Shown here: positions 39,118-52,556 of the stretch, in pieces
Numbering within the stretch: the stretch's first letter is position 1
How the letters are laid out: each line of letters begins with the position of its first letter
Source of the DNA: Candidatus Heimdallarchaeota archaeon
GTDB lineage: Archaea; Asgardarchaeota; Heimdallarchaeia; Heimdallarchaeales; Heimdallarchaeaceae
Assembly (NCBI GenBank): GCA_021399345.1
Contig: JAAFKI010000175.1
Location: 35,233 to 99,232 of the forward strand
Reading direction: 5' to 3'
Length of the DNA: 64,000 nucleotides
Notes under the pieces: generated by a model
The model's input: the letters and a program-made list of their open reading frames with translations, nothing else
Database searches by the model: none
What the model was told of the DNA's origin: nothing
Made by a program: the position numbers and the translations under genes

Positions 39118-39202
39118 TGGTGCGGGAAGGGAGATTCGAACTCCCGGACCACTAAGGACTAGAATCTGAATCTAGCGCCTTTGACCACTCGGCAATCCCC
39201 GC
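39118..39202 (-). tRNA. tRNA-Leu(CAG), encoded CCA
   Basis: Anticodon arm CTAGA-TTCAGAT-TCTAG, long variable arm, GTTCGAAT, A73. Confidence 0.93.
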
Positions 39203-39295
39203 AAGGAAGGCTGATTTTTCTATCGTTCTCTTTCTAACAAGATATTTAAATCATTGTATCTTATGTTTTTTGTATTCAGAGGAAGTTGTGATTTT

Positions 39296-40576
39296 ATGAG
39301 CTTACGACCCTATCTTGAGAAACTAAAGCAATCTGATTTTTTAGTTGAGATTAGTGAAGAAGTTAAGTTGGAATATGAGATAACAAAGTATCTTCAATCA
39401 AACTATAATAAAGCTGTTTTGTTTTCCAATGTTGAAGATTCGCACTTCCCTCTCTTAGGTAATATTCTCTCTTCCCGCGAGCAACTTAAACTCGTTCTAA
39501 ACGAGCATGAGGACTATTATAACTTCTTTCAACAATCGCTTCTTAACCCTCAAAATCCTTTGGAGGTTGAAACTAGTCTTACTTTTTCTAACACCAAACC
39601 CGTTAATCTCTCCCATCTCCCTATCCCCAAATTCTTTCCTATTGATGCTGAGCGGTATCTCACATCAGGTATTGTTTTCGCACAATTTCCCAATACTGAT
39701 GTTCCTAACATGAGCATCCACAGAATTATGGTTCTCAATGATCAACAAGGGGTTATTCGTATTGTTCCCCGAAATTTGCATAAAATCTTCTTAGAAAACA
39801 AGCGTAAGGGTTTGGATACTCCTATCGCCGTCGTTAATGGTTATCATCCCATTCTAGCTTTGGCAGCTTCTTCTCCGTCTCCTTCAGGTAAATCTGAACT
39901 TGCTATTGCTAACTCTCTCATGAGGGGGAATCTTTCCATTCTCAAAACCCCCCGTTATGGTATTTCTGTTCCTTCTGATGTTGAATTTATTTTAGAGGGG
40001 AGAATCCTAGCCGATGAAGAAGTATCCGAAGGGCCCTTTGTCGACATAACAGGTACCCCCGATGATATTCGTACCCAACCCATCGTTCAATTTGAAGACT
40101 TACTTTATCGAGATAATCCCATCTTCCAGACTATTCTTCCTGCTTATGAAGAACATTTCATTCTTATGGGGTTTCCACGCGAAGCAGAAATTCACAACCG
40201 TGTGAGTAAAGTTGTCCCCAAAGTGCATGGAGTTTATTTAACTCCCAGTGGGTGTGGGTGGTTAAGCGCGGTAATTTCAGTGACAACTCAAACAGATATA
40301 GATGGGCAGAAAGTTGGTCTAACAGCTTTTGAGGCACACCCTTCACTTAAATGGTGTACAGTTGTGGATGAAGATATAGATATATGTGATATCAAGGCAG
40401 TTGAATGGGCAAGAATTACCAGAGCCGGGGCCAATGATATAACCGTACTTGAAAATATGAGTGGATCATCGCTTGATCCTTCACGCAATAGAACTGGCAA
40501 CACTTCAATAAAAGTAATAGTAGATGCAACAAAGAAAAGAGGGAAAACGGGATACGAAAGAGCAATACCATTTTAG
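39296..40576 (+). CDS. UbiD-family prFMN decarboxylase, probably anhydromevalonate-phosphate decarboxylase
   Basis: N.SIHR, EFILEG, EGPFVDITG, GCGWL, VVDEDID, SSLDPS. Confidence 0.85.
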   Translation: MSLRPYLEKLKQSDFLVEISEEVKLEYEITKYLQSNYNKAVLFSNVEDSHFPLLGNILSSREQLKLVLNEHEDYYNFFQQSLLNPQNPLEVETSLTFSNTKPVNLSHLPIPKFFPIDAERYLTSGIVFAQFPNTDVPNMSIHRIMVLNDQQGVIRIVPRNLHKIFLENKRKGLDTPIAVVNGYHPILALAASSPSPSGKSELAIANSLMRGNLSILKTPRYGISVPSDVEFILEGRILADEEVSEGPFVDITGTPDDIRTQPIVQFEDLLYRDNPIFQTILPAYEEHFILMGFPREAEIHNRVSKVVPKVHGVYLTPSGCGWLSAVISVTTQTDIDGQKVGLTAFEAHPSLKWCTVVDEDIDICDIKAVEWARITRAGANDITVLENMSGSSLDPSRNRTGNTSIKVIVDATKKRGKTGYERAIPF

Positions 40577-40610
40577 AAGAAGAAAAAAAGCAAATTGCAT
40601 AGGATGTGAA

Positions 40611-40648
40611 AATCTTACCACGTAAATTATTTATTGTGTGGTAAGATT
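40611..40648. terminator. strong hairpin between the ubiD-like gene and glyA (terminator or regulatory site)
   Basis: aatcttaccac (40611-40621) / gtggtaagatt (40638-40648), perfect 11-bp stem. Confidence 0.45.
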
Positions 40649-40731
40649 CTTGAGAATTACGTTTTTGCGCACTAGTGTGATTGAAAAAAATATTTAAAGA
40701 AAACATAATGATGTTCTTCAGAGGATTAATT

Positions 40732-42060
40732 ATGAATTTAATGAATAATTTAGCTAATTCCGATCCAGAAGTTGCTGATATGCTTCTAAGAGAATTAAAG
40801 CGTCAAGAAGAAGGGATAGAGCTTATTCCTTCTGAAAATTACACTTATCGATCTGTTCTTCAGGCTATGGGGAGTGTTTTCACCAACAAATACTCCGAAG
40901 GTTACCCTAAGAAAAGGTACTATGGTGGAAATGAAATTGTAGATGAAGTTGAAATTCTAGCTATAGAACGCGCCAAGGAGCTCTTTGGATGCGAACATGT
41001 TAATGTTCAACCGTATTCTGGCTCTCCAGCTAATCAAGCTGTTTTCTTTGCTTTACTAAATCTAAAAGATAAATTCTTAGGTTTTAGTCTTACATCAGGA
41101 GGTCATCTTACTCATGGAAGTCATGTAAACTTCTCTGGTAAGAATTATTCTTGTACTAGCTATGATGTAGATAAAGAGACAGAAATGCTAGATATGGCAG
41201 TTATCCATGAGCTAGCTAGAAAAGAAAAACCAAAAATGATTATATCTGGTTTAACCGCATATCCCAGAAAAATAGACTTCAAGGCTTTCCAAGAGATTGC
41301 AGAAGAAGTTGATGCTTACCAGTTTGCAGATATTTCTCACATTTCAGGTTTGGTTGTAGGTGGGGCACATGAAAGTCCTATACCTTATGCAGACGTTGTA
41401 ACAACTACAACTCACAAAAGTCTTAGAGGGCCACGTGGTGCAATCATAATGTGTAAAACTGAAGATAGATTACATGAGATACACCATCCAAATAAGAAAA
41501 CAAAGGCAGGAGAACCATTTAGTTTAGCACGATTGATAGATTCAGCTGTGTTTCCTGGTTTGCAAGGAGGACCTCATGATCATGCTACTGCAGCAAGAGC
41601 TGTAGCATTTGCAGAAGCTATGAAACCTGAATTTAAAGATTATGCAAAGCAAATTGTTAAAAATGCAAAAGTATTAGCAGATGAATTAATGGCTCTTGGA
41701 ATAAAACTTGTTACAAATGGAACAGACAATCATCTTATTCTCATTGACTTGCGACCTGAAGATTTAATTGGACAAGGAGGTTTAATTCAAACAGCTTTAG
41801 ATGAAGCTGGTATAACACTAAACAAAAACACAGTACCTTATGAACCTTCAAGTCCTTTCAATCCTTCAGGTTTAAGACTTGGAACCCCAGCTATAACCTC
41901 TAGAGGAATGAAAGAATCAGAAATGAAAGTAATAGCAGAAGGTCTTTCAACTGTTATAAAAGCAAAGGGAAGTCCAGAAGTATGCGCTAAAGTTAAAGAA
42001 GATATTTTGGAACTTACCAATCATTTCCCATTATATCCAGGTTTGTCTATATTAAAATAA
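40732..42060 (+). CDS. glyA: serine hydroxymethyltransferase, bacterial-type
   Basis: ELIPSEN, NKYSEGYPKKRYYGG, NVQPYSGSPAN, GGHLTHG, TTTHKSLRGPRG, FPGLQGGP. Confidence 0.97.
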   Translation: MNLMNNLANSDPEVADMLLRELKRQEEGIELIPSENYTYRSVLQAMGSVFTNKYSEGYPKKRYYGGNEIVDEVEILAIERAKELFGCEHVNVQPYSGSPANQAVFFALLNLKDKFLGFSLTSGGHLTHGSHVNFSGKNYSCTSYDVDKETEMLDMAVIHELARKEKPKMIISGLTAYPRKIDFKAFQEIAEEVDAYQFADISHISGLVVGGAHESPIPYADVVTTTTHKSLRGPRGAIIMCKTEDRLHEIHHPNKKTKAGEPFSLARLIDSAVFPGLQGGPHDHATAARAVAFAEAMKPEFKDYAKQIVKNAKVLADELMALGIKLVTNGTDNHLILIDLRPEDLIGQGGLIQTALDEAGITLNKNTVPYEPSSPFNPSGLRLGTPAITSRGMKESEMKVIAEGLSTVIKAKGSPEVCAKVKEDILELTNHFPLYPGLSILK

Positions 42061-42082
42061 TCTCAAAAGGGTTCTTTTCCCT

Positions 42083-42433
42083 TTACTCTTTTTCATTTTT
42101 CTCTTCAAAAAGAAGTTGTTCCGTTTGCTGCATTATTTTCAGAATTAACTCACTTGAAACTTCTTTCAGACTTATAGACAAGAGAACTAATTTTTGAATT
42201 CGTGATGCAAACCTTTCACCTAACATTCTCACAAAGTGTGCGTCTGACGAACCAGTAACATAAAGTGTTGAAGCTTGCATGATATCTGTATCTGGTACTG
42301 ATATTGCCAAAGTTCCTAGTCTTGGAGTTTCCTCATAAATAAAAATAGAAACTGCATTTTCCAAAAAGACTGCAGTTATTTGATATTCTTGCCCATCTAC
42401 TTCAATTGTGGTACTGAGTGTAGGCTCTTTCAT
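42083..42433 (-). CDS. proteasome assembly chaperone 4 (PAC4/Poc4)-like protein
   Basis: 116 aa; RLGTLAISVP, STL, LGERFASR..KLVLLSISL pattern. Confidence 0.6.
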   Translation of the reverse strand: MKEPTLSTTIEVDGQEYQITAVFLENAVSIFIYEETPRLGTLAISVPDTDIMQASTLYVTGSSDAHFVRMLGERFASRIQKLVLLSISLKEVSSELILKIMQQTEQLLFEEKNEKE

Positions 42434-42474
42434 TGTTAAAGTATAGATTCTACCTTCTAAATAGTTTTCTTGAA

Positions 42475-43401
42475 CTAAACACAGGAATTTTTGTCTCCTT
42501 TTGCTTCATAGTCGGCATAATATTCTCTCAGACACTTCTGAAGTTCAATATTATCCTTTGCATGTTTAAGCTCAAAAGCTAGAAGCAAATTACTTGCTAA
42601 CATGGTTACAGTTGCCGGTCCGCTTCCACCAGGAACAGGAGAAATATATGCAACTTTATCTTTCAAGTCATCAAATTCTGTATCCCCCATCAGCTTACCA
42701 TCTTCGAAATTAACTCCTACATCAACTATAGCAACATCCTTTTTCACCATACCTTTCTTAATGAGATGAGCACGACCAACAGCTGCAATGAGTATATCGG
42801 CTTTCTTAGTATATTTCTTAAGTGGTTTTGACCTTGAATGACATACTGTTACGGTTGCATGTTCTCGTAAAAGAAGATGAGCTACAGGTTTTCCTATTAT
42901 CATGCTTCTTCCAACTACCACAGCATGTTTTCCATGTAAAGGTATTTGATAGTGCTTCAAAAGAGCAAGAACTCCCAAAGCAGTTGCGGGAATTAAGTTG
43001 GGTGTAGATTTTGTCCATGCATAAACATTGCTAGGGGACAAACCTTCAATATCTTTATCTGGAGAAATGCTTTCTACAACTTTATCCTCGTCCATATGTT
43101 TAGGTAAAGGTAATTGGACAAGTATTCCATCAATACTATCATCATTATTTTGCTTATTTATTATATCTAGAAGTTCCTCCTCTGGTGTTTCATCAGGAAG
43201 CTGAAGAACATCAGATTCAACACAAAGATTTGCGAAGAATTTCTCTCTTATTCTACGATAAGACTCTGAAGCAGGATCTTCACCCACAAGTATGGTAGAT
43301 ATTTTTGGTGCTTTATTGTATTTTCCTTTGATAACTTCACAACGAGGTTTGAGTACTTTATCTGTATACTCTTGCGAAAATTTTCTTCCATCAATTATCA
43401 T
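42475..43401 (-). CDS. folD: methylene-THF dehydrogenase/cyclohydrolase
   Basis: IIDGR, VGEDPAS..Y, GILVQLPLP, VGRS.I.GKP, DVG.N, SPVPGG.GP.T. Confidence 0.96.
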   Translation of the reverse strand: MIIDGRKFSQEYTDKVLKPRCEVIKGKYNKAPKISTILVGEDPASESYRRIREKFFANLCVESDVLQLPDETPEEELLDIINKQNNDDSIDGILVQLPLPKHMDEDKVVESISPDKDIEGLSPSNVYAWTKSTPNLIPATALGVLALLKHYQIPLHGKHAVVVGRSMIIGKPVAHLLLREHATVTVCHSRSKPLKKYTKKADILIAAVGRAHLIKKGMVKKDVAIVDVGVNFEDGKLMGDTEFDDLKDKVAYISPVPGGSGPATVTMLASNLLLAFELKHAKDNIELQKCLREYYADYEAKGDKNSCV

Positions 43402-43579
43402 GAATATCACTATAATATATTTTCATATTCTAAATTAATAATCCTTTAAGCACTTAATAAATTATGAGGATTTACAGATTTCCTTTCCAAATGACCAAAC
43501 ACACCTAGAACAGAATCTCAGCTTTGTAAATGGTTTGGAATCAAAAAGTTTTTATCAAATACTAAAAGCCGTGTTGTAA

Positions 43580-43591
43580 AGTCACGTGACT
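43580..43591. promoter_or_regulatory. perfect 12-bp palindrome in the rpoA1 upstream region
   Basis: agtcacgtgact, about 25-30 nt downstream of an AAAAAG-TTTTTAT BRE/TATA-like element. Confidence 0.4.
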
Positions 43592-43630
43592 AGTGTAGAG
43601 ATTCTACAATTTTTTGGGAGAAACAATAGA

Positions 43631-47592
<3,962 letters not shown>

Positions 47593-47737
47593 TCAAACTT
47601 CATTGCACCTTTACTTTTTTCTTTTATTCAAGTTAAACCAAGTTAAAAGTAAGTGAACAGAAGGTTTTTATTAAAATCTCATGAGGGAACTTTAACTAAT
47701 GGTTAATGTTTGAACTATTAAGCAAAAATGTGATATT

Positions 47738-48181
47738 ATGACAGGATCCAAAAGTCCGAAAGGTGAATTCGCTGCTAGAAAACTCAAAAATAAAAGAAAA
47801 CACTTCCGATGGAAGGATATGCAGTACAAGCGAAGAATGTTAAGATTAGATAAAAAAACAGATCCATTAGAGGGTGCTCCAGCAGCAAGAGGCATTGTTG
47901 TTGAAAAATATGGTGTAGAAAGTAAACAACCAAACTCCGCTTTAAGAAAATGTGTAAGAGTTAGACTTGCTAAGAATGGAAAGCAAGTGGGTGCTTTTGT
48001 TCCCCATGACGGTGGGCTCTTATATATAGATGAACATGATGAAGTAATTGTTTGTAGTATTGGAGGAGCTCAGAAGGGAGCAATGGGAGACATTCCTGGT
48101 GTTAAATGGCAAGTTACCCATATTAATGGAGTTGCTATCAAGCAAATTGTTATTGGTAAGAAGCCCAAACCTCAAAGATAG
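47738..48181 (+). CDS. rps12: 30S ribosomal protein uS12
   Basis: [33 protein letters not shown]. Confidence 0.98.
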   Translation: MTGSKSPKGEFAARKLKNKRKHFRWKDMQYKRRMLRLDKKTDPLEGAPAARGIVVEKYGVESKQPNSALRKCVRVRLAKNGKQVGAFVPHDGGLLYIDEHDEVIVCSIGGAQKGAMGDIPGVKWQVTHINGVAIKQIVIGKKPKPQR

Positions 48182-48189
48182 TTCTTTTT

Positions 48190-48217
48190 GATGGATAAAT
48201 CCATCTCTTCTATTCTT
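48190..48217 (+). terminator. hairpin plus pyrimidine tract after rps12
   Basis: gatggat-aa-atccatc followed by tcttctattctt. Confidence 0.4.
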
Positions 48218-48354
48218 AAATTAGTTCACAACTGATTCCTTAGTTTACATTTTTGTATAAGATAGTTTGAAAATAAAGACCAAAATCCTTTAAATATATT
48301 ACATCAATTGAACTTATAAATAGAACAAAAAGAATTTTCAAAGGGGATCAAAAA

Positions 48355-48768
48355 ATGTCTGAATATGATATTACACCAATTAGAGCTAGCCAAATTAAGG
48401 AAGGAAATCATATTATTCAAAATGATGAAGTTTTTCTCGTTCGTTCAATTGAAAAATCAAAAAGTGGCAAACATGGTCACACAAAATGTAGAATGAAAAT
48501 AGAAAACATATTTACAGGAAGTAAAACAGAAATTTCTATTCCAGGTGACTTAAAGCTACAATCTCCAATCATTGATAAAAGAAATGCTCAAGTTATATCT
48601 GTTGGTGATGACAGTGCTCAAATGATGGATCTTGAAACTTATGAAACATTTGAAACTGCGCTACCAAGTAAAGAAGAGATGAAGGCTCAAATTAAGGAAG
48701 GAGCTGAAGTTGAATACTGGAAAGCAATTGGAAAAAGCAAAATCATGCGAATAAAGAGTTCTGGATAG
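48355..48768 (+). CDS. eif5a: translation factor aIF5A
   Basis: SKSGKHGHTK hypusine motif, P.IDKR.AQV, MDLETYETF. Confidence 0.96.
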   Translation: MSEYDITPIRASQIKEGNHIIQNDEVFLVRSIEKSKSGKHGHTKCRMKIENIFTGSKTEISIPGDLKLQSPIIDKRNAQVISVGDDSAQMMDLETYETFETALPSKEEMKAQIKEGAEVEYWKAIGKSKIMRIKSSG

Positions 48769-48874
48769 AGTATTTTTATTCTTCCTAATCAATCCTTTTT
48801 TGAAAAACTTCAATTTCAGAATTCTCTTTCTAAACTAAAATTTATTAATTGTTACAAATGATGATATAACATTC

Positions 48875-48951
48875 GGGCCGATAGATCAGCCTGGTAGATC
48901 GCTTCGTTCGCAATGAAGTAGCCCCGGGTTCAAATCCCGGTCGGTCCACCA
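48875..48951 (+). tRNA. tRNA-Ala(CGC), encoded CCA
   Basis: G3:U70 pair, anticodon arm CTTCG-TTCGCAA-TGAAG, GTTCAAAT; TATA-like tttattaa at 48841. Confidence 0.96.
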
Positions 48952-49114
48952 ACAAGTATAGATTCTATGATTCTAAACAGGTATTTTATGATTTGAGTTA
49001 ACCAGTTATTGTACCTAGAGGCTTCGAATCGAATTTTGTCGTCATTCTATTAATAAGCAAAAAGATTAAAAGGTTGTAATATTAATTAAGAAACAAGTGT
49101 ATTGAGGAATTCCT

Positions 49115-50491
49115 ATGACAAAGGTGCTGAATTTTACACGTACAATTCGAGATCCTATATACGACGAAGTACGTATGACAGAAATCGAGAATAGAATTAT
49201 AGACACGCCCATCTTTCAAAGATTAAGATGGATTAGCCAATTATCAGGTGTTAGACAAGTTTATCCTTCAGCTATCCATTCTAGATTTACCCATAGTGTT
49301 GGTGTCATGCACTTAGCAGGTAAATATGCTGAAGAAGTTTTTAGAGAAGATGACGATGTAGTAGAAAAAACTCAACTAGCTCGGTTAGCTGGACTCTTGC
49401 ATGACATAGGTCATGGGCCTTTTAGCCACACATATGATGATGTTGTCTTTAAAAAAGTATATCCAAACGCACCTCATGGACATGATGTTCATCGAGATAA
49501 AATGGTTAACTCTGAGTTTCTAAAACCTCTTATTGAAGAATTTATTGCCCCAGAAGAACTCATGAAAGTCTGGGATGGAGAAAGTTACATCATGCACCCC
49601 CTGATTCAGGGAGCACTTGGTGCAGACAGATTGGATTTTATGCTAAGGGATTCTTTCTTTGCAGGTACATTGCATTTTGGCATAATAGCAGTTAATCGAA
49701 TTATTAACAATACAACGATTCAAAAACACCTCAGGAAAGATGCAATTCACTATAACTGGAAATGTTTAGATGACATTTATTCATCTCTCATTGGAAGATT
49801 TTTCGAATACAAAAATGTGTATTTCCATAAAACTGCAAGAGCAGCAGATATAACGATTCATGAAATGTTAAGAGAAGCTTGTGAACCATTGAATCTTATA
49901 GAACGAACAAATGATTTAGCGGCATATACCTATTTAAATGAATATACTCTTGTTGGTGAAATATTCTCAAAAGATTCAGATGAGCTTGCAACTGCGAAAT
50001 CACTTGTTAAAGATTTGTTTGATCGTAGGCTCTACAAAGCTGTTTGGGAAAAGATTATTGATGAATCCACAGCTGAGAATTTAGGTGTTAGTGTTGAAGA
50101 TTTATGTAATATAACTTCTCAAGAATCATTTATCAAGAAAATCAAAAACCACACAGAAGAGAAAAATATTTCTTTGGAATTTGATATGAAAATTGATTCT
50201 ACTTACAAACTATCAACAATTAATGAACAAGAATTTCAAGCGTCAAATATCTATATTTATGATCCTTATGAGAAAATTCGTCCTGGCTCAAAATCATTCA
50301 CTCTTAATGAGGCCTTGAACACAACCTCCTATATTACAACTTTCGCAGGTCCAAGAGCCTATAGGTCTCTTTTTACACTTGTAAGAGTTTATGCTCACCC
50401 AAATGATGCTGAAACAATTAAAAAGATCTGGAAGAAAATAAGACCTAAAACATTAGCTAAAGATAAAGATGTTTCATTGACTTCATATTGA
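49115..50491 (+). CDS. HD-domain phosphohydrolase (SAMHD1/YwfO-like dNTPase family)
   Basis: IRDPIY, FQRLR.I.QL, HSRFTHSVG, LLHDIGHGPFSH, ADRLDF..RD, VYFHK. Confidence 0.92.
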   Translation: MTKVLNFTRTIRDPIYDEVRMTEIENRIIDTPIFQRLRWISQLSGVRQVYPSAIHSRFTHSVGVMHLAGKYAEEVFREDDDVVEKTQLARLAGLLHDIGHGPFSHTYDDVVFKKVYPNAPHGHDVHRDKMVNSEFLKPLIEEFIAPEELMKVWDGESYIMHPLIQGALGADRLDFMLRDSFFAGTLHFGIIAVNRIINNTTIQKHLRKDAIHYNWKCLDDIYSSLIGRFFEYKNVYFHKTARAADITIHEMLREACEPLNLIERTNDLAAYTYLNEYTLVGEIFSKDSDELATAKSLVKDLFDRRLYKAVWEKIIDESTAENLGVSVEDLCNITSQESFIKKIKNHTEEKNISLEFDMKIDSTYKLSTINEQEFQASNIYIYDPYEKIRPGSKSFTLNEALNTTSYITTFAGPRAYRSLFTLVRVYAHPNDAETIKKIWKKIRPKTLAKDKDVSLTSY

Positions 50492-50497
50492 TTTATT

Positions 50498-50890
50498 TCA
50501 ATAACCGATTCCAATATTTTTTGCTGAAAACAGCTTTTGTGCATCTTTTACAATTTGCATTCCAGAATCATAATCCGCTAAAGCATTTTCTAGATGTATT
50601 GTTACTTCATTTAAATCGTTATTAGGTATTTTGTCTTGATCTTCTGCTAATGCATACTTCCCATCATTAGTAAATCTAACAGTTTTATTCTTACATAAAT
50701 TTTGTATATGAGACGAAACAGTTTCAGAAATAACTGAATATCCATTGAAGTACCAATCTATTATTTTCAATGTCTCATCCTCATTAGATATCAGAAATAA
50801 GCCGCTGTGGATTGATTCTTCATGTTTCGGAAAAAACCTTTCTACAAAACTTGCGATATAAGAAGAAATCTTTTTGTTGGGGTCCCCCAT
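50498..50890 (-). CDS. hypothetical protein
   Basis: ORF with probable start ATG 50890; no motif recognised. Confidence 0.55.
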   Translation of the reverse strand: MGDPNKKISSYIASFVERFFPKHEESIHSGLFLISNEDETLKIIDWYFNGYSVISETVSSHIQNLCKNKTVRFTNDGKYALAEDQDKIPNNDLNEVTIHLENALADYDSGMQIVKDAQKLFSAKNIGIGY

Positions 50891-51051
50891 AATTATAACC
50901 TTTATCGTACAACTGAAAAGCTTCTGTAATACCAAAGATTTTTATCTAGTTCTTTAAACAAATTATGAAAAAAAATTATGTTTGCTTTCTAACATCATAT
51001 CAAGCCTTTTTGTCTTATGATTCTATGAAGTTTAAATCATGAAACCTTGTA

Positions 51052-52446
51052 TTATGCTAGTATTGTTCCATAAATTTTTGCTTTTATCTTATCTTTAACT
51101 AGAACATCAGTAACTGTTAAGTGAAGGATATTATATTCATTTAGCAGTTTTTTTGAAATATCATCTATGACATCTGCTACGGCAATACAGAGAAATTGGT
51201 TCCTCAAACCTGCAATTGAACTCAAATTTTCAATTATCTTGTAAGTATGATCTTGGGTCATTATATCTTTGAAAAACTTAACAAAAACATAAGAAGAACC
51301 TTTTCGCAATACTAAATCAAAGTTTTCTTCAAATATCAAAGATTCTTTGAACTCAAATTCCTTGAAAATTTTACAGATTCTAACTTTTAAATATTCTGCA
51401 TCAAAAACTGAATTCATTGTTCTTGGAACAGGTACTGAAAGATCATCGATTTTACTTGGAGCATACTTCTCATCCTCCTTCTTGGGTATCGGTTCTGAGC
51501 TAATGATTTTTGATGTTTCAAGATTCTTACTACGAATACTCAGGTATGGTTTCTTAGAATTTGGGAAAGGAAGAGAAACTACTTTATTTGGTTTTTGTTC
51601 TGGATTCTGGATTTGTTTCACACTTTCCTTCCTTTGCTCTATTATTTCATTTTTGGATGCTGTATGAGGTATATCTATTCTAAGTGGGGGAAATAATCTA
51701 ATAATATTCAGCAAATCTTTAATGAAACCAGTATGTTTAATCCATGGGACAAAGAATTGAAAATTTGTTTTGTGTTTTATAATATCACGTTTTGAAACAA
51801 AGAGAAGCTGCCCATTTAATTTAACAGCTGTTGCTTTAAGATATCTTAAAAGAATAGCCTCTTTTCCCTTAATTGAATTCTTATCGTGACTTCTTGCGAT
51901 AAAAAGAATTCCTAGAGATGGAACATTTCTTTGATTTTTTTCTCTCGAAACAAATTGTGAAATATTGACAGAAAATGCTTCTGCTTCAACTAAATCCTTC
52001 GTAAACTGTGTAAATCTCTTAGCTATTGTGTCTGCTTCTACGTCTAAGCTAACCAGTTGACATGCTAGTACATATTGCTTTGATTTATCGCTGTGAGTAA
52101 GAGTCAAAACTTTGTCATCTTGTTCTATTTTTTGAATGTCGGAGATAAAGAAATTATCTGTATTTTCTTCAATTCTAAGAGAATAAGTTGATATTAGATG
52201 TTTCAACATGGTTTCTAGTTTTTCTTTATTTGTTGATACTTGATCAAAATTGAAAATAATCAAATATTGCTTTTTTTTTGCTATCCATATTGAATACATT
52301 AGTCCCCTTGAGTTCAGCTCATTAATTAGATTGGATATCTTTGCCCCTATTTCAAAGCTAGATAACTCAAATAAGACAACATTGTCTTTATAATTTCGAT
52401 TCAAATTCGTTTCATTTCCTTCACTAGCAGAAAAGATAGGGCTCAT
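51052..52446 (-). CDS. hypothetical protein with low-complexity linker and possible degenerate restriction-endonuclease-like C-terminal domain
   Basis: 464-aa ORF; FDLVLRKGSSYVFVK resembles a PD-(D/E)xK fold lacking the catalytic Glu. Confidence 0.6.
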   Translation of the reverse strand: MSPIFSASEGNETNLNRNYKDNVVLFELSSFEIGAKISNLINELNSRGLMYSIWIAKKKQYLIIFNFDQVSTNKEKLETMLKHLISTYSLRIEENTDNFFISDIQKIEQDDKVLTLTHSDKSKQYVLACQLVSLDVEADTIAKRFTQFTKDLVEAEAFSVNISQFVSREKNQRNVPSLGILFIARSHDKNSIKGKEAILLRYLKATAVKLNGQLLFVSKRDIIKHKTNFQFFVPWIKHTGFIKDLLNIIRLFPPLRIDIPHTASKNEIIEQRKESVKQIQNPEQKPNKVVSLPFPNSKKPYLSIRSKNLETSKIISSEPIPKKEDEKYAPSKIDDLSVPVPRTMNSVFDAEYLKVRICKIFKEFEFKESLIFEENFDLVLRKGSSYVFVKFFKDIMTQDHTYKIIENLSSIAGLRNQFLCIAVADVIDDISKKLLNEYNILHLTVTDVLVKDKIKAKIYGTILA

Positions 52447-52556
52447 AAAACATCTACTCTCTCTTGAACAATCTTTGCAATCAATATTCTAGTTGTAAGA
52501 AGTTATTTAAGCACAAGAATTCTTCAACTATTTAGAATTTCTTTGGCTAACCTCTT

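Noticed and set aside
39118-39202. Selenocysteine/opal tRNA (loop contains TCA)
   Set aside because: In the 7-nt loop TT-CAG-AT the anticodon is CAG. The 7-bp acceptor stem, A73 and identity with the Leu(GAG) body indicate Leu.
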